In this document: piece by piece, positions 9,472-18,969 of the stretch
How the letters are laid out: each line of letters begins with the position of its first letter
Numbering within the stretch: position 1 is the first letter of the stretch
NCBI GenBank assembly: GCA_963664815.2
Contig: CAXXHB010000003.1
Location: forward strand, 2,016,001-2,080,000
Source: Spirochaetota bacterium
Lineage (GTDB): Bacteria > Spirochaetota > UBA4802 > UBA5550
Reading direction: 5' to 3'
DNA: 64,000 nucleotides
Notes under the pieces: model-generated
Database searches by the model: none
Seen by the model: only the letters and a program-made list of their open reading frames with translations
Told to the model about the DNA's origin: nothing
Position numbers and translations under genes: made by a program

Positions 9472-10473
9472 ATGGATACACTGACATTTCTTCAGTTTAC
9501 ATGGTTTATTTTAATTGGTGTTCTTTTTGCAGGTTATGCTGTTCTTGACGGGTTTGACCTGGGTGTCGGTTCACTTCTGCCTTTCCTTGCAGGCAATGAT
9601 GAAAAAAAGACAGAGATTCTTTTCAAATCTATCGGTCCGGTGTGGGACGGGAACGAAGTTTGGCTTATTACTGCAGGGGGAGCATTATTTGCGGCTTTTC
9701 CCAATGCATATGCGACTGTTTTCAGCGGATTTTATCTTGCCCTTATGATTGTCCTCCTAGGGCTTATTTTGCGGGCTGTTTCAAACGAGTTTTTTATTCT
9801 TGAACATGATAATAAAGGTATATGGGCCAAAACTTTTTTTATCGGCAGTCTTGTACCATCAATTCTTTTCGGGGTTGCCCTTGGTAATGTAATAGTTGGA
9901 ATTCCTCTGGATGCAAAAATGGAATTTACAGGTACTTTCTTTACATTATTAAGACCATTCCCTCTTGCAATCGGATTACTTGGTTTATCTGCAATTCTTA
10001 TGCAGGGTGTAACATACACGTTATTAAAAACCGATGGAGAAATAAATGAAACAGCGTCATCTGTTTCGGGAAAAATCTACTATCTTTATGCGGTGATGTT
10101 TATAATCTCACTTGTTCTTTCATATGTTTTTATACCCGAGAGAATGAACATAATACCGGCATGGATTTCCGCCGCAGCTTTTACAGTTTCAATGGCAGCT
10201 TTAAGATTTTTTTTAATCCGGAAAAGTGAATTAAATGCGTTTCTTTCATCATCAATTGCATTTATATCTTTATGGGGAATTGCAGGTTCAGTACAATTTC
10301 CTGTACTGGTAAACTCAATAGACAGCAACTCACTCGATCTGACAGTTTATAATTCATCCTCAAGCGTACTTACTTTATCGGTAATGTTTGGTATAGCTCT
10401 GGTTGGTATGCCCATTGTAATCGCATATTCCGTATATGTTTACAGGGTTTTCAAAGGTAAAATAAATCAATAA
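9472..10473 (+). CDS. cydB: Cytochrome bd oxidase subunit II
   Basis: LDGFDLGVG, PVWDGNEVWL, GGALFAAFP. Confidence 0.95.
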   Translation: MDTLTFLQFTWFILIGVLFAGYAVLDGFDLGVGSLLPFLAGNDEKKTEILFKSIGPVWDGNEVWLITAGGALFAAFPNAYATVFSGFYLALMIVLLGLILRAVSNEFFILEHDNKGIWAKTFFIGSLVPSILFGVALGNVIVGIPLDAKMEFTGTFFTLLRPFPLAIGLLGLSAILMQGVTYTLLKTDGEINETASSVSGKIYYLYAVMFIISLVLSYVFIPERMNIIPAWISAAAFTVSMAALRFFLIRKSELNAFLSSSIAFISLWGIAGSVQFPVLVNSIDSNSLDLTVYNSSSSVLTLSVMFGIALVGMPIVIAYSVYVYRVFKGKINQ

Positions 10474-10488
10474 TAGGAGAAAAATAAA

Positions 10489-10863
10489 ATGACTGAAAAA
10501 TCACAAATATATAAATGTGATAAATGCGGAAACATTGTAGAGGTACTTCATGTCGGTGAAACCGCGCTTTTTTGCTGCGGTCAGCCGATGACACTTCTTG
10601 AAGAAAAAACAGCTGATAAAACAACTGAAAAACATGTTCCTTTGATTGAAAAAACTTCTGACGGTTATAAAATAACAGTGGGAAGCACTCTTCATCCAAT
10701 GGAGGAAAAACATTTTATAGAATGGATTGAACTTCTATCAGAAGGAATATCGTATAAAAAATTCCTTAAACCGGGTGATAAACCAGAAGCGTTATTTAAG
10801 ACAGACGCAACAAATATTACTGCAAGAGAACATTGTAATATTCATGGTCTCTGGAGGTCTTAA
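10489..10863 (+). CDS. dfx: Desulfoferrodoxin (2Fe superoxide reductase)
   Basis: CDKCG...CCG, EKHVP, HPM..HFIEWI, CNIHGLW. Confidence 0.95.
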   Translation: MTEKSQIYKCDKCGNIVEVLHVGETALFCCGQPMTLLEEKTADKTTEKHVPLIEKTSDGYKITVGSTLHPMEEKHFIEWIELLSEGISYKKFLKPGDKPEALFKTDATNITAREHCNIHGLWRS

Positions 10864-10929
10864 TTCATATTTTAGTAATAACGCTGATAAATATTGCCGT
10901 TATTTTATTAAAAAAATTATGGAGAGAAT

Positions 10930-11112
10930 ATGGCTCAGACATTAGAAAATAAAATACTGAACGCAATGAAAAAAGAGGGGAAACCTTTAAGACCTGGTGA
11001 AATAGCTGATCTTGCCAAAGAAGACAAGGATGCAGTAACTAAAGCTATAAAAAAACTTAGTTCTGAAGGAAAGGTAACATCTCCCAAAAGGTGTTTCTGG
11101 GAAGCTGTCTGA
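10930..11112 (+). CDS. Small winged-helix protein (60 aa)
   Basis: ILNAMKKEGKPLRPGEIA...VTKAIKKL..EGKVTSPKRCFW; GGAG RBS. Confidence 0.75.
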   Translation: MAQTLENKILNAMKKEGKPLRPGEIADLAKEDKDAVTKAIKKLSSEGKVTSPKRCFWEAV

Positions 11113-11146
11113 TTACGATTTATTGCTGACATTAAAAAAAATATAC

Positions 11147-11192
11147 TATAATGTAAGAATGCCATTTATTTATTTGGCATTCTTACATTATA
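11147..11192 (+). terminator. Inverted repeat ending the fprA-dfx operon
   Basis: TATAATGTAAGAATGCCA-N10-TGGCATTCTTACATTATA, perfect 18-bp arms. Confidence 0.65.
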
Positions 11193-11577
11193 CCTTTCAG
11201 TAAATCCTCATTAACCTTTATAATAAATATTTTTTAATTATTTCAATATACAAATTTTTCTTGCAACATTTATATTAAATTGATGTCTTAATAAATATAT
11301 ATTATTTTTGATTACACCGCTTTTTTAAAAAAATCTAAATTATAATCAAAGGAGAAACTTTAAAACTCCTTATTAATTAAAAACAAACATTTTCGGGTGT
11401 TAAAAAGACTATTATATATGTTTTTCTTTTTTATTCCATTTTCCAGTTCCGCGTTAATTGATTCTGAAATTTTTCACATAAGGAATATATTTTAAAATTA
11501 AAAAATAAAATCAAAGTATGTAATTTCTTTTATTAATACATAATTTAAAAATAGTAATAAAATTGAGAGGTATCAAT

Positions 11578-13755
11578 ATGAATGGTGTAAGGGGTGTTAT
11601 CACTGATGATGTCGAAAAAACTGTAGACAGGGTAATTGAACATGTAGGCAAAGAGATTAATTTTACAATGACACTTGGTCTTGGTAAGCCGGCAATGTTT
11701 ATAAATGAACTGTATAGACGCGCTAAAGAGGATCCTGAGATAAAACTGAAAATAATTACAGCTCTTGCGCTGGAAAAACCAAAAGGAAAAAGTGAACTTG
11801 AAAAGCGTATCGCAAAACCTATTGCAGAAAGAATATTCTCTGGAACTCCTGAATTTGATTACATGATTGATTTCCGCGCCGGTAAGCTTCCTGAAAATGT
11901 TGAGATACTTGAGTTTTTCAATAAAGCCGGTGGATATATGGACAATTACGTAGCACAGCAGAATCACATTAATTCCAATTATACACACATAGTTCGTGAT
12001 GCTTACAATATGGGTGCTAATGTTTTCGGGCAGCTTTTAGGATGCAAAGAGATAAATGGAAAAATGATGTACTCAATGGGGTGCAATACGGATATATGTG
12101 TAGAAGCAAATGCCAAGGTTGACTACGCAAGATCTATTGGTAAAAAAATGGCAATCGTCGCAGAGGTAAATGAAAATATGCCCTTTATGTATGGTGATGC
12201 GGTTTATGAAGCTGAATCATTCGATATACTTCTAAAAGGACCAAAATTCAACTATCCTTTATTCGCTCCTCCAAAAGATGCAGTAAATGTCAAAGATTAT
12301 ATGATAGGAATCAATGTAAGCACACTAATCAAAGACGGCGGTACACTTCAGGTTGGAATTGGGGCTCTGGGGGATGCAATAGTTGCAAGTCTGGAGATGA
12401 GACATTCACTGAATGATCTTTACAGGGAAATCATTGAAAAAGCGGGTCTTATTAATAAATATGACACACTAATTAAAGATTACGGCGGAACAGGAACGTT
12501 TGAACAGGGACTTTATGGATCCTCTGAGATGTTTGTAGATGCTTTTATGCAGTTATATAAACAGGGAATTCTAAAAAGAAAGGTTTTTGATAATATCACT
12601 TTAATGAGGCTTATCAATTCAGGTAAACTCACTCCGGACAATATACCATCAGACATTCTTGAACTTCTGCATAGTGAAGAAGGCATTCACTTTAATCTTA
12701 GAGAAAAAGATTTTGATATGCTGATGAAATATGGCATATTGAAAGATGGCCTTTCATATAAAGATGGTTGTATATATGACGGTAAAACACAATATATGAC
12801 AGATCTTAATAATGAAAAAAACCTGACCGATATTAAAAAACTTCTAGGGAAAAAGCTTAAAAACGGACAGGTAATACTTGGAGCGTTTTTCCTTGGACCG
12901 AAATCTTTCTATGATGCCTTAAACGAGATGAGTGAAGATGAAAGATCACAATTTGGTATGTCCGGAGTTGAAAAAGTAAACCAGCTTTATGGTGGTGAAG
13001 AGCTGCGTGCTCTTCAGAGAAAAGACGGAAGATTCATAAATACCGGAATGCTCGCCAATGTTTTGGGAGCCATTACATCAGACCAGCTTGAAGATGGAAG
13101 AATTGTTAGCGGCATAGGGGGGCAATACAATTTTGTATCTATGGCGCATGCTCTTCCAGACGCCAGACTTATTATGATGCTGAGAAGTACAAGAGGGTCA
13201 GGGAAAAGTCTTACATCAAATATCGTGTTCAATTATGGTCACTGTTCAATTCCGCGACATTTGAGGGACATTGTTGTAACAGAATATGGAATTGCCGATA
13301 TCCGTGGAAAACGTGATAAAGATGTTATTGCGGAGATGATTAATATCGCAGATTCAAGATTCCAGCAACAGCTTGTTGATCAGGCAAAAAAAGCAAAAAA
13401 GCTGCCGGCAGATTATGAAATTCCTGAAATATACAGGAATAATACTCCAGAACAAATACAGAAATTTATGAAACCATACCAGGAAATGGGGCATTTCAGA
13501 CAGTTTCCCTATGGAACAGATCTTCTTCCGGAAGAAGTTGATCTTGGCGTATCGCTTAAATTATTTAATAACTTTAAGAATGAACATCTGTTTAAAACAG
13601 GAATAGGATTATTGCTGGAGATTTTCAGAGCTGTTCCTGATAAAGCTGTACCTTATCTTAAAATAATGGAACTTGAAAAACCTGCTAATTTAAATGAAAG
13701 ATTGATGCGCAATATTGTTCTTCTTGCTTTAAGAAAAAATAAAAAAATATCATAG
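11578..13755 (+). CDS. Acetyl-CoA hydrolase/CoA-transferase, long form
   Basis: LGLGKP, DGGTLQVGIG, SEMFVD, SGIGGQYNFV, PRHLRDIVVTEYGIA; ATG at 11578 after GAGAGG. Confidence 0.85.
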   Translation: MNGVRGVITDDVEKTVDRVIEHVGKEINFTMTLGLGKPAMFINELYRRAKEDPEIKLKIITALALEKPKGKSELEKRIAKPIAERIFSGTPEFDYMIDFRAGKLPENVEILEFFNKAGGYMDNYVAQQNHINSNYTHIVRDAYNMGANVFGQLLGCKEINGKMMYSMGCNTDICVEANAKVDYARSIGKKMAIVAEVNENMPFMYGDAVYEAESFDILLKGPKFNYPLFAPPKDAVNVKDYMIGINVSTLIKDGGTLQVGIGALGDAIVASLEMRHSLNDLYREIIEKAGLINKYDTLIKDYGGTGTFEQGLYGSSEMFVDAFMQLYKQGILKRKVFDNITLMRLINSGKLTPDNIPSDILELLHSEEGIHFNLREKDFDMLMKYGILKDGLSYKDGCIYDGKTQYMTDLNNEKNLTDIKKLLGKKLKNGQVILGAFFLGPKSFYDALNEMSEDERSQFGMSGVEKVNQLYGGEELRALQRKDGRFINTGMLANVLGAITSDQLEDGRIVSGIGGQYNFVSMAHALPDARLIMMLRSTRGSGKSLTSNIVFNYGHCSIPRHLRDIVVTEYGIADIRGKRDKDVIAEMINIADSRFQQQLVDQAKKAKKLPADYEIPEIYRNNTPEQIQKFMKPYQEMGHFRQFPYGTDLLPEEVDLGVSLKLFNNFKNEHLFKTGIGLLLEIFRAVPDKAVPYLKIMELEKPANLNERLMRNIVLLALRKNKKIS

Positions 13756-13786
13756 TATTAGATATTTATAATAATTAATATAAATA

Positions 13787-13819
13787 TTCACCAGGGATCT
13801 GAAAATATTCCCTGGTGAA
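13787..13819. terminator. Bidirectional terminator between convergent genes
   Basis: TTCACCAGGGA-N11-TCCCTGGTGAA. Confidence 0.65.
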
Positions 13820-13893
13820 AAATCATTTTCCATTTTTTACTTTTATGTTTCCATATTGAACTTAGTATTAAATAACAAACTATCAGATCTTTA

Positions 13894-14199
13894 TCAACAA
13901 CAGGAATTTCCTCCTTGTATTACAAATCCTGAACCGTATCTGTCAGTTCTGAAATCAATTAAAAGCAGACTTTTAGTATTGATATAATTTGTCAGCCTTG
14001 CATCATAAACTACATTAATTCCGTTATCCTTAATCACATTCTGATCTTTTTCACTTAGTTCATCCAGAACTAAACCCATACGGGGTCCGCCTCAACCAAA
14101 ACCGTTTACATTAATTCTTATAACCGGATTTTTATATCCAGACCCCTTCATCAATTCCAGAACTTCATTTTTAGCATTTTCAGAAACTTTTATTGCCAT
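13894..14199 (-). CDS. HesB/IscA-like selenoprotein (101 aa, Sec at codon 36)
   Basis: MAIKVSENAKNEVLELMKGSGYKNPVIRINVNGFG-[TGA 14094-14092]-GGPRMGLVLDE...GGNSCC. GFGUGGP motif; GAGGGG RBS; ORF track has only the 3' half. Confidence 0.85.
14053..14075 (-). promoter_or_regulatory. Putative bacterial SECIS hairpin
   Basis: GUUUAGUUC-UGGAU-GAACUAAGU; apical loop with GG begins 25 nt after the UGA. Confidence 0.6.
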
Positions 14200-14233
14200 A
14201 ACATTTTAACCCCTCAAGCATTTAATTGTTTAC

Positions 14234-14262
14234 AATATAGTAAATTACTTAAATATCGTCAA
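14234..14262 (-). promoter_or_regulatory. Sigma70-type promoter of the HesB-like gene
   Basis: TTGACG-N17-TATATT about 35 nt upstream of ATG 14199. Confidence 0.6.
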
Positions 14263-14413
14263 TACGATTTATAAAATTTTTATTAAATCCGATAAAAATA
14301 CTTTTAAATCCTTTTATTAATAATTTGGAAACGTTTTCAATTTTCAATTGTCATAAACTTCAGTATATTAAATTATTCACATTAAAATTATTCTCTGTCA
14401 AAGTGGAGGCCTT

Positions 14414-15775
14414 ATGAATAAACATTTCAATCTCATTGTAATAGGGGGAGACGGTGCGGGGATGGGTGCGGCATCACAGGCAAGGAGAATAAACAAGAAT
14501 ATGACTATCGCAGTATTTGAACGTGGTGAACACGTATCCTATGCCGCATGTGGAATGCCCTACTACATCTCAGATGATATAACAGATGTAAAATCACTTA
14601 TTGCCATAGATGTCGATGAGTTTATTAATAAAAAGAATATTTTAATAAACACACTTTCAGAAGTAACAGAAGTTGACTTTAATACAAAAACCATATCAGT
14701 CAAATTTGATGGTCATACTAATAATTACAATTATGACCGTTTAATAATTGCTACAGGAGCATCTGCATCAGTGCCCTTAATACCCGGAATAGAAAATAAA
14801 AATGTTTTCCTGCTCAGAACTTTGAGAAACGGTATTGATATAAAAAACTTTTTGGCAGGCAAAAAACCCGCCTCAGTTATACTGATAGGAGGTGGAGTTA
14901 TCAGCCTTGAGCTTGCTGAAACTTTTATTAAAAAAGACATCAAGGTAACTATACTTGAAAAAATGGATTCAATAGCTTCACTTACTTCTCCGGAAATACA
15001 GAAAATAATATTTGATACACTTATAGAAAAAGGTGCTGAAATAAAAACCGGGCTCAATATTGAAAGTATAGTTTCCGAAGCGGATAATCTTTCGGTAAAC
15101 ACAAGTTGCGGAAAATTCAGATCGGATTTTATTATTGTATCTACCGGTGCAAAGCCGAATACATCTCTGTTTATAAACTCGGATTTAAAAATCTCACCTC
15201 ATGGTGCCATAATAATCGATGAAAAATGCAGAACAAATATAGAAAACGTATTTGCTGCCGGAGACTGCTGCACAGTAAAAAATCTGATTACAGGTAAAGA
15301 CGATTATATACCGATAGCAACAACTGCCAACAAACAGGGAAGAGTTGCAGGTCTGCAGGCTGCTGATGTTAAAACTGAAATTTTCAAAGGGGCTATTGGT
15401 TCCCAGATGATTAAAATATTTGAGCTTGAAGTAGCTAAAACCGGATTCAACAAGGCAGATGCAGCAAAACATGGAATACCGGTAATTGAAGAGTTTATAG
15501 AATGGAAATCGAGAGCAGGCTATTACCCTGGATCTGATAAAATATTTGTAAAACTTACAGTTAGAGAAGACAACAGAAAGTTAATAGGTGGAGAAATAGC
15601 AGGGGTTGATGGTGCCGCGTTAAGGATTAATACAATTGCGGCTGCAATTACATCCGGTATGACCATTGAAGACTTTGCCTATCTTGATACAGGGTACTCG
15701 CCTCCGTTTTCACCAGTATGGGATCCTGTTGTCGCTGCCGCCCAGAATTTCATTAAACGCGTCCCTGTAATATGA
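14414..15775 (+). CDS. CoA-disulfide reductase / NADH oxidase family flavoprotein
   Basis: GGDGAG, SYAACGMPY (redox Cys), ATGA, FAAGDC, YSPPFSPVWD. Confidence 0.88.
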   Translation: MNKHFNLIVIGGDGAGMGAASQARRINKNMTIAVFERGEHVSYAACGMPYYISDDITDVKSLIAIDVDEFINKKNILINTLSEVTEVDFNTKTISVKFDGHTNNYNYDRLIIATGASASVPLIPGIENKNVFLLRTLRNGIDIKNFLAGKKPASVILIGGGVISLELAETFIKKDIKVTILEKMDSIASLTSPEIQKIIFDTLIEKGAEIKTGLNIESIVSEADNLSVNTSCGKFRSDFIIVSTGAKPNTSLFINSDLKISPHGAIIIDEKCRTNIENVFAAGDCCTVKNLITGKDDYIPIATTANKQGRVAGLQAADVKTEIFKGAIGSQMIKIFELEVAKTGFNKADAAKHGIPVIEEFIEWKSRAGYYPGSDKIFVKLTVREDNRKLIGGEIAGVDGAALRINTIAAAITSGMTIEDFAYLDTGYSPPFSPVWDPVVAAAQNFIKRVPVI

Positions 15776-15804
15776 CATATTTCTTTTTATAATTTCAAAT
15801 GATC

Positions 15805-15841
15805 TATATCTCACCTCCACAGAAAGCGTTGGTGAGATATA
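15805..15841. terminator. Inverted repeat between convergent genes
   Basis: TATATCTCACC-N15-GGTGAGATATA. Confidence 0.55.
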
Positions 15842-15902
15842 ATCGTTAAATTTACGCGAAAATATCTTTTAAAAAATTAACATCTCATTAAAACAATGCT
15901 GT

Positions 15903-16829
15903 CTATTTACCATTCTTTATTATATTAACAGGTGGTGCACTCTGCATTACCTTTGCGCCTGCAGGAACTGATTCTGTTATCCAGACATTTCCACCCACTT
16001 CCGATCCTTTCCCTATTGTAATTCTGCCAAGAACTGTTGCACCGGAATAAATGATAACATCATCTTCAACAATCGGATGCCTTGGAACATTTTTTACAGG
16101 GTTCCCATTCTCATCAAGCTGGAAGCTTTTTGCTCCGAGTGTAACTCCCTGGTATATCCTTACATTGTTCCCTATTATACAGGTCTCACCGATAACTGTA
16201 CCTGTACCATGATCTATGAAAAAGTATTCACCAACCTGTGCTCCGGGATGTATATCTATACCTGTACGGGAGTGAGCCATTTCTGAAATTATACGGGGTA
16301 TCAGCGGAACTTCAAGCTTATACAGTTCATGCGCAATACGGTGATATGTCATCGCCATTATGCTCGGATAACAGAAAATAGTCTCTGCGATACTTTTCGC
16401 CGCAGGATCACCTATATACGCAGCTTTCGCATCATAGGCAAGCATGCGTCTTATATCAGGAAGCCGCTCTATAAATTTTTCGGTCATTACATTTGCCCTC
16501 TCCTCACAGTCAAGGCATGTAGCATCATTTGTATTGCATGTAAAACAGAATCCTCTTTTAATCTGCTCAGTCATACTTCGGTAAATTCTGTCTAGCTTTG
16601 CCCCTGTGTAGTAACTGACTGTTTCTTTATTAATTTCAGAATTACGGAAGTAACCGGGGAAAAGAACGGATCGTATAAGCTCTATAGTCTCCTTTAAATC
16701 ATCGATAGAAGGCATTGGAACATCATGTCCCGATATATGAAAGACGTCGCTGTAAAGCTGCTGATCTGACAGTCTCTGCACTATCGAATCAAATCGTCCT
16801 CTAAAAAAAGAATCATTTATTATAGTCAT
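15903..16829 (-). CDS. cysE: Serine O-acetyltransferase
   Basis: GDPAA, TGIDIHPGA, FFIDHGTG, YQGVTLGA, RHP; ATG 16829 after AGGAG. Confidence 0.9.
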   Translation of the reverse strand: MTIINDSFFRGRFDSIVQRLSDQQLYSDVFHISGHDVPMPSIDDLKETIELIRSVLFPGYFRNSEINKETVSYYTGAKLDRIYRSMTEQIKRGFCFTCNTNDATCLDCEERANVMTEKFIERLPDIRRMLAYDAKAAYIGDPAAKSIAETIFCYPSIMAMTYHRIAHELYKLEVPLIPRIISEMAHSRTGIDIHPGAQVGEYFFIDHGTGTVIGETCIIGNNVRIYQGVTLGAKSFQLDENGNPVKNVPRHPIVEDDVIIYSGATVLGRITIGKGSEVGGNVWITESVPAGAKVMQSAPPVNIIKNGK

Positions 16830-16935
16830 ATCAAGCTCCTTGATGAAAGACACTTTCAGACAAGAGTATATCATTTTCAAGGAAAAATAAATATTTTATA
16901 TCTGGAAATAAATGATTCATTAACAGTTGTTTTTT

Positions 16936-18408
16936 TTATAAACCTTTAACGTCCCTCGGTGTAAAATAATCCTCGGTTCCATAGGGATCTTTTAACTCCT
17001 CGCCCGATTTAAAATTAAGTTTATGTTTTCCTCTACCCGTGAGGAATTTATTAAGATTAAGATTTACTTTTTCCGGCAGCTGAATTCCTGATTGGGTCAT
17101 TATCTGCCTGAGTAATGTTTCAGATTTTTTGGAGAAAGCAACTGAATCTCCAAGAATCCTGGATGCCTCAGTTGAATTATGAAATCCCACTGAATTTTCA
17201 GCACTGATGAAATTAAGTCTGATAAATCCCTGCATATATGAATCCTTGGCTTTCGAATAAAGAGTCATATCAACTTTTGTTCCTTTAGCCTGATTTTCAT
17301 GCAGTATTTCAAACAGTCTCGCTGCTGTTGCGCTGGCATATCCCGCCCTGGTCAACAGTGAGAGCGTTCTATCCTGTATCGTAAATACCTGTTTTTTAAG
17401 CCAATCTGCAGATTCTGTATGGCACTGGGCGCATGCAACAAAGTCCTGCTTAACAGGGCTTGCAAGATCATGTACAGATATTTTATATGAGCCTACCCTT
17501 TTATACGGCATATGACAATCAGCACATGCAAGCCCGGCATTGAAATGCACGCTCCCTTTTGTAAACAACTCAAACTCGGGATGTCTTACAAAAGGCATAT
17601 CGAACCCGGTTACGTTCTGTTTCCATTCTATACGTCTGGTATCGGTAAGCAGGTCTTTAATTATGTTCTCTATTGAGATATCCCCCCATTTTCCACCTGT
17701 CCAGGGAAGTTCAACATCCCCGTTTACTTTCTTGTCCGGCGTTCTCGGCACATAATAAGTTATGTGACACTGTGCACAAGCCAGAATTCTTCTTTCCTGT
17801 CTTGTAATATCTTTTTTACCGATAAGTTTAAGACCGTTTTCAAGATGAGTTTTGTTTGTGCGTAGAGACATATCTGCAGGATTATGACAATCTGCACACG
17901 AAGGACCAATTTGTCTCATCTTTTCGGGGTACATGTTAAGAGCATCACTGAATTTGGCGGTAAGATATTTCATCCCATACTGTTCGGTATATGATTTATG
18001 CAGAGGAGACTTGCATGCAAGACAGACACCTCCTGCTTTCGTTCTTGAAGGATCAATCTCAATCTGATCAATTATTGCATAATGATGGCCGCGGGGTTCA
18101 TTATATTCAACGCCAAATCCCCAGCCGTTGAACAGAAGCCCGAGGAATGGGAATTCACTGAGTTTATCATAGATTATTTTGTCAGTATCAAAACCCTTTT
18201 TATACATACTTTTACCTGAAGGTCTCGGTTCCTCGGTTTTTTTCCATGACTCATACTGTAGAGGAAATATTTTCCCCCATACTTCCGGATCAAATTCATT
18301 TTCGGCTATTGAACCTGCTTTGAACATTTCCGGCTTGCTCCCACCACAGGAAAAAACAAAAAATGACGTAATTATTGCAGTTATTATCAATATTGAAATT
18401 CTCTTCAT
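16936..18408 (-). CDS. nrfA: Ammonia-forming cytochrome c nitrite reductase catalytic subunit
   Basis: YNEPRGH, CLACK (CxxCK active-site heme) plus four CxxCH, ENSVGFH; lipobox FSC; start 18408 after GAGGT. Confidence 0.93.
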   Translation of the reverse strand: MKRISILIITAIITSFFVFSCGGSKPEMFKAGSIAENEFDPEVWGKIFPLQYESWKKTEEPRPSGKSMYKKGFDTDKIIYDKLSEFPFLGLLFNGWGFGVEYNEPRGHHYAIIDQIEIDPSRTKAGGVCLACKSPLHKSYTEQYGMKYLTAKFSDALNMYPEKMRQIGPSCADCHNPADMSLRTNKTHLENGLKLIGKKDITRQERRILACAQCHITYYVPRTPDKKVNGDVELPWTGGKWGDISIENIIKDLLTDTRRIEWKQNVTGFDMPFVRHPEFELFTKGSVHFNAGLACADCHMPYKRVGSYKISVHDLASPVKQDFVACAQCHTESADWLKKQVFTIQDRTLSLLTRAGYASATAARLFEILHENQAKGTKVDMTLYSKAKDSYMQGFIRLNFISAENSVGFHNSTEASRILGDSVAFSKKSETLLRQIMTQSGIQLPEKVNLNLNKFLTGRGKHKLNFKSGEELKDPYGTEDYFTPRDVKGL

Positions 18409-18422
18409 AAACCTACCTCTCT

Positions 18423-18887
18423 TTATTTCATCATACCATACGACGGGAATGTATGATTTACCTTTCTGTGACAAGACCAGCAATCCCTGTCTTCAGTGTT
18501 TATAACCGAAACCATCCCCTCATGGCACCTGAGACAGTTTTCTTTTACTATTTTTTTACCGTGGCTTGATATTCCTATTTTTTCTGAATAAATTCCTGTA
18601 TGGAACACCGCCAAATCCTTCATTCCATCAAGCCCTTTCCAGATAAAATACCTCACACCGCTGGTATTAGGAAGGTGACAATCTACACATTTGATGTTGC
18701 GATGCAATCCGGTCATAAACCAGGTTTCATATTCTTCATTCATAACGTGACACGTATTACAGTAATCCGGAAGTGAAGTCTTATGGAACATATCGGGAGG
18801 CCCCCATAAAACAAAGATCATAACAAGAGATATTCCAGCTGCGAAAAGGATATACATCCTTAATTTATTAATATTAAATTTATTCAT
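18423..18887 (-). CDS. nrfH: Tetraheme quinol dehydrogenase partner of NrfA
   Basis: N-terminal TM helix; CNTCHVM, CVDCH, CLRCH, CWSCH; directly upstream of nrfA. Confidence 0.92.
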   Translation of the reverse strand: MNKFNINKLRMYILFAAGISLVMIFVLWGPPDMFHKTSLPDYCNTCHVMNEEYETWFMTGLHRNIKCVDCHLPNTSGVRYFIWKGLDGMKDLAVFHTGIYSEKIGISSHGKKIVKENCLRCHEGMVSVINTEDRDCWSCHRKVNHTFPSYGMMK

Positions 18888-18969
18888 ATCGATCTACCCA
18901 TCGATCTACCTGGTTAATTTTTGTTTTATTTATTATATAAAAGATGCAGGACAAAAACAATATTTAATT

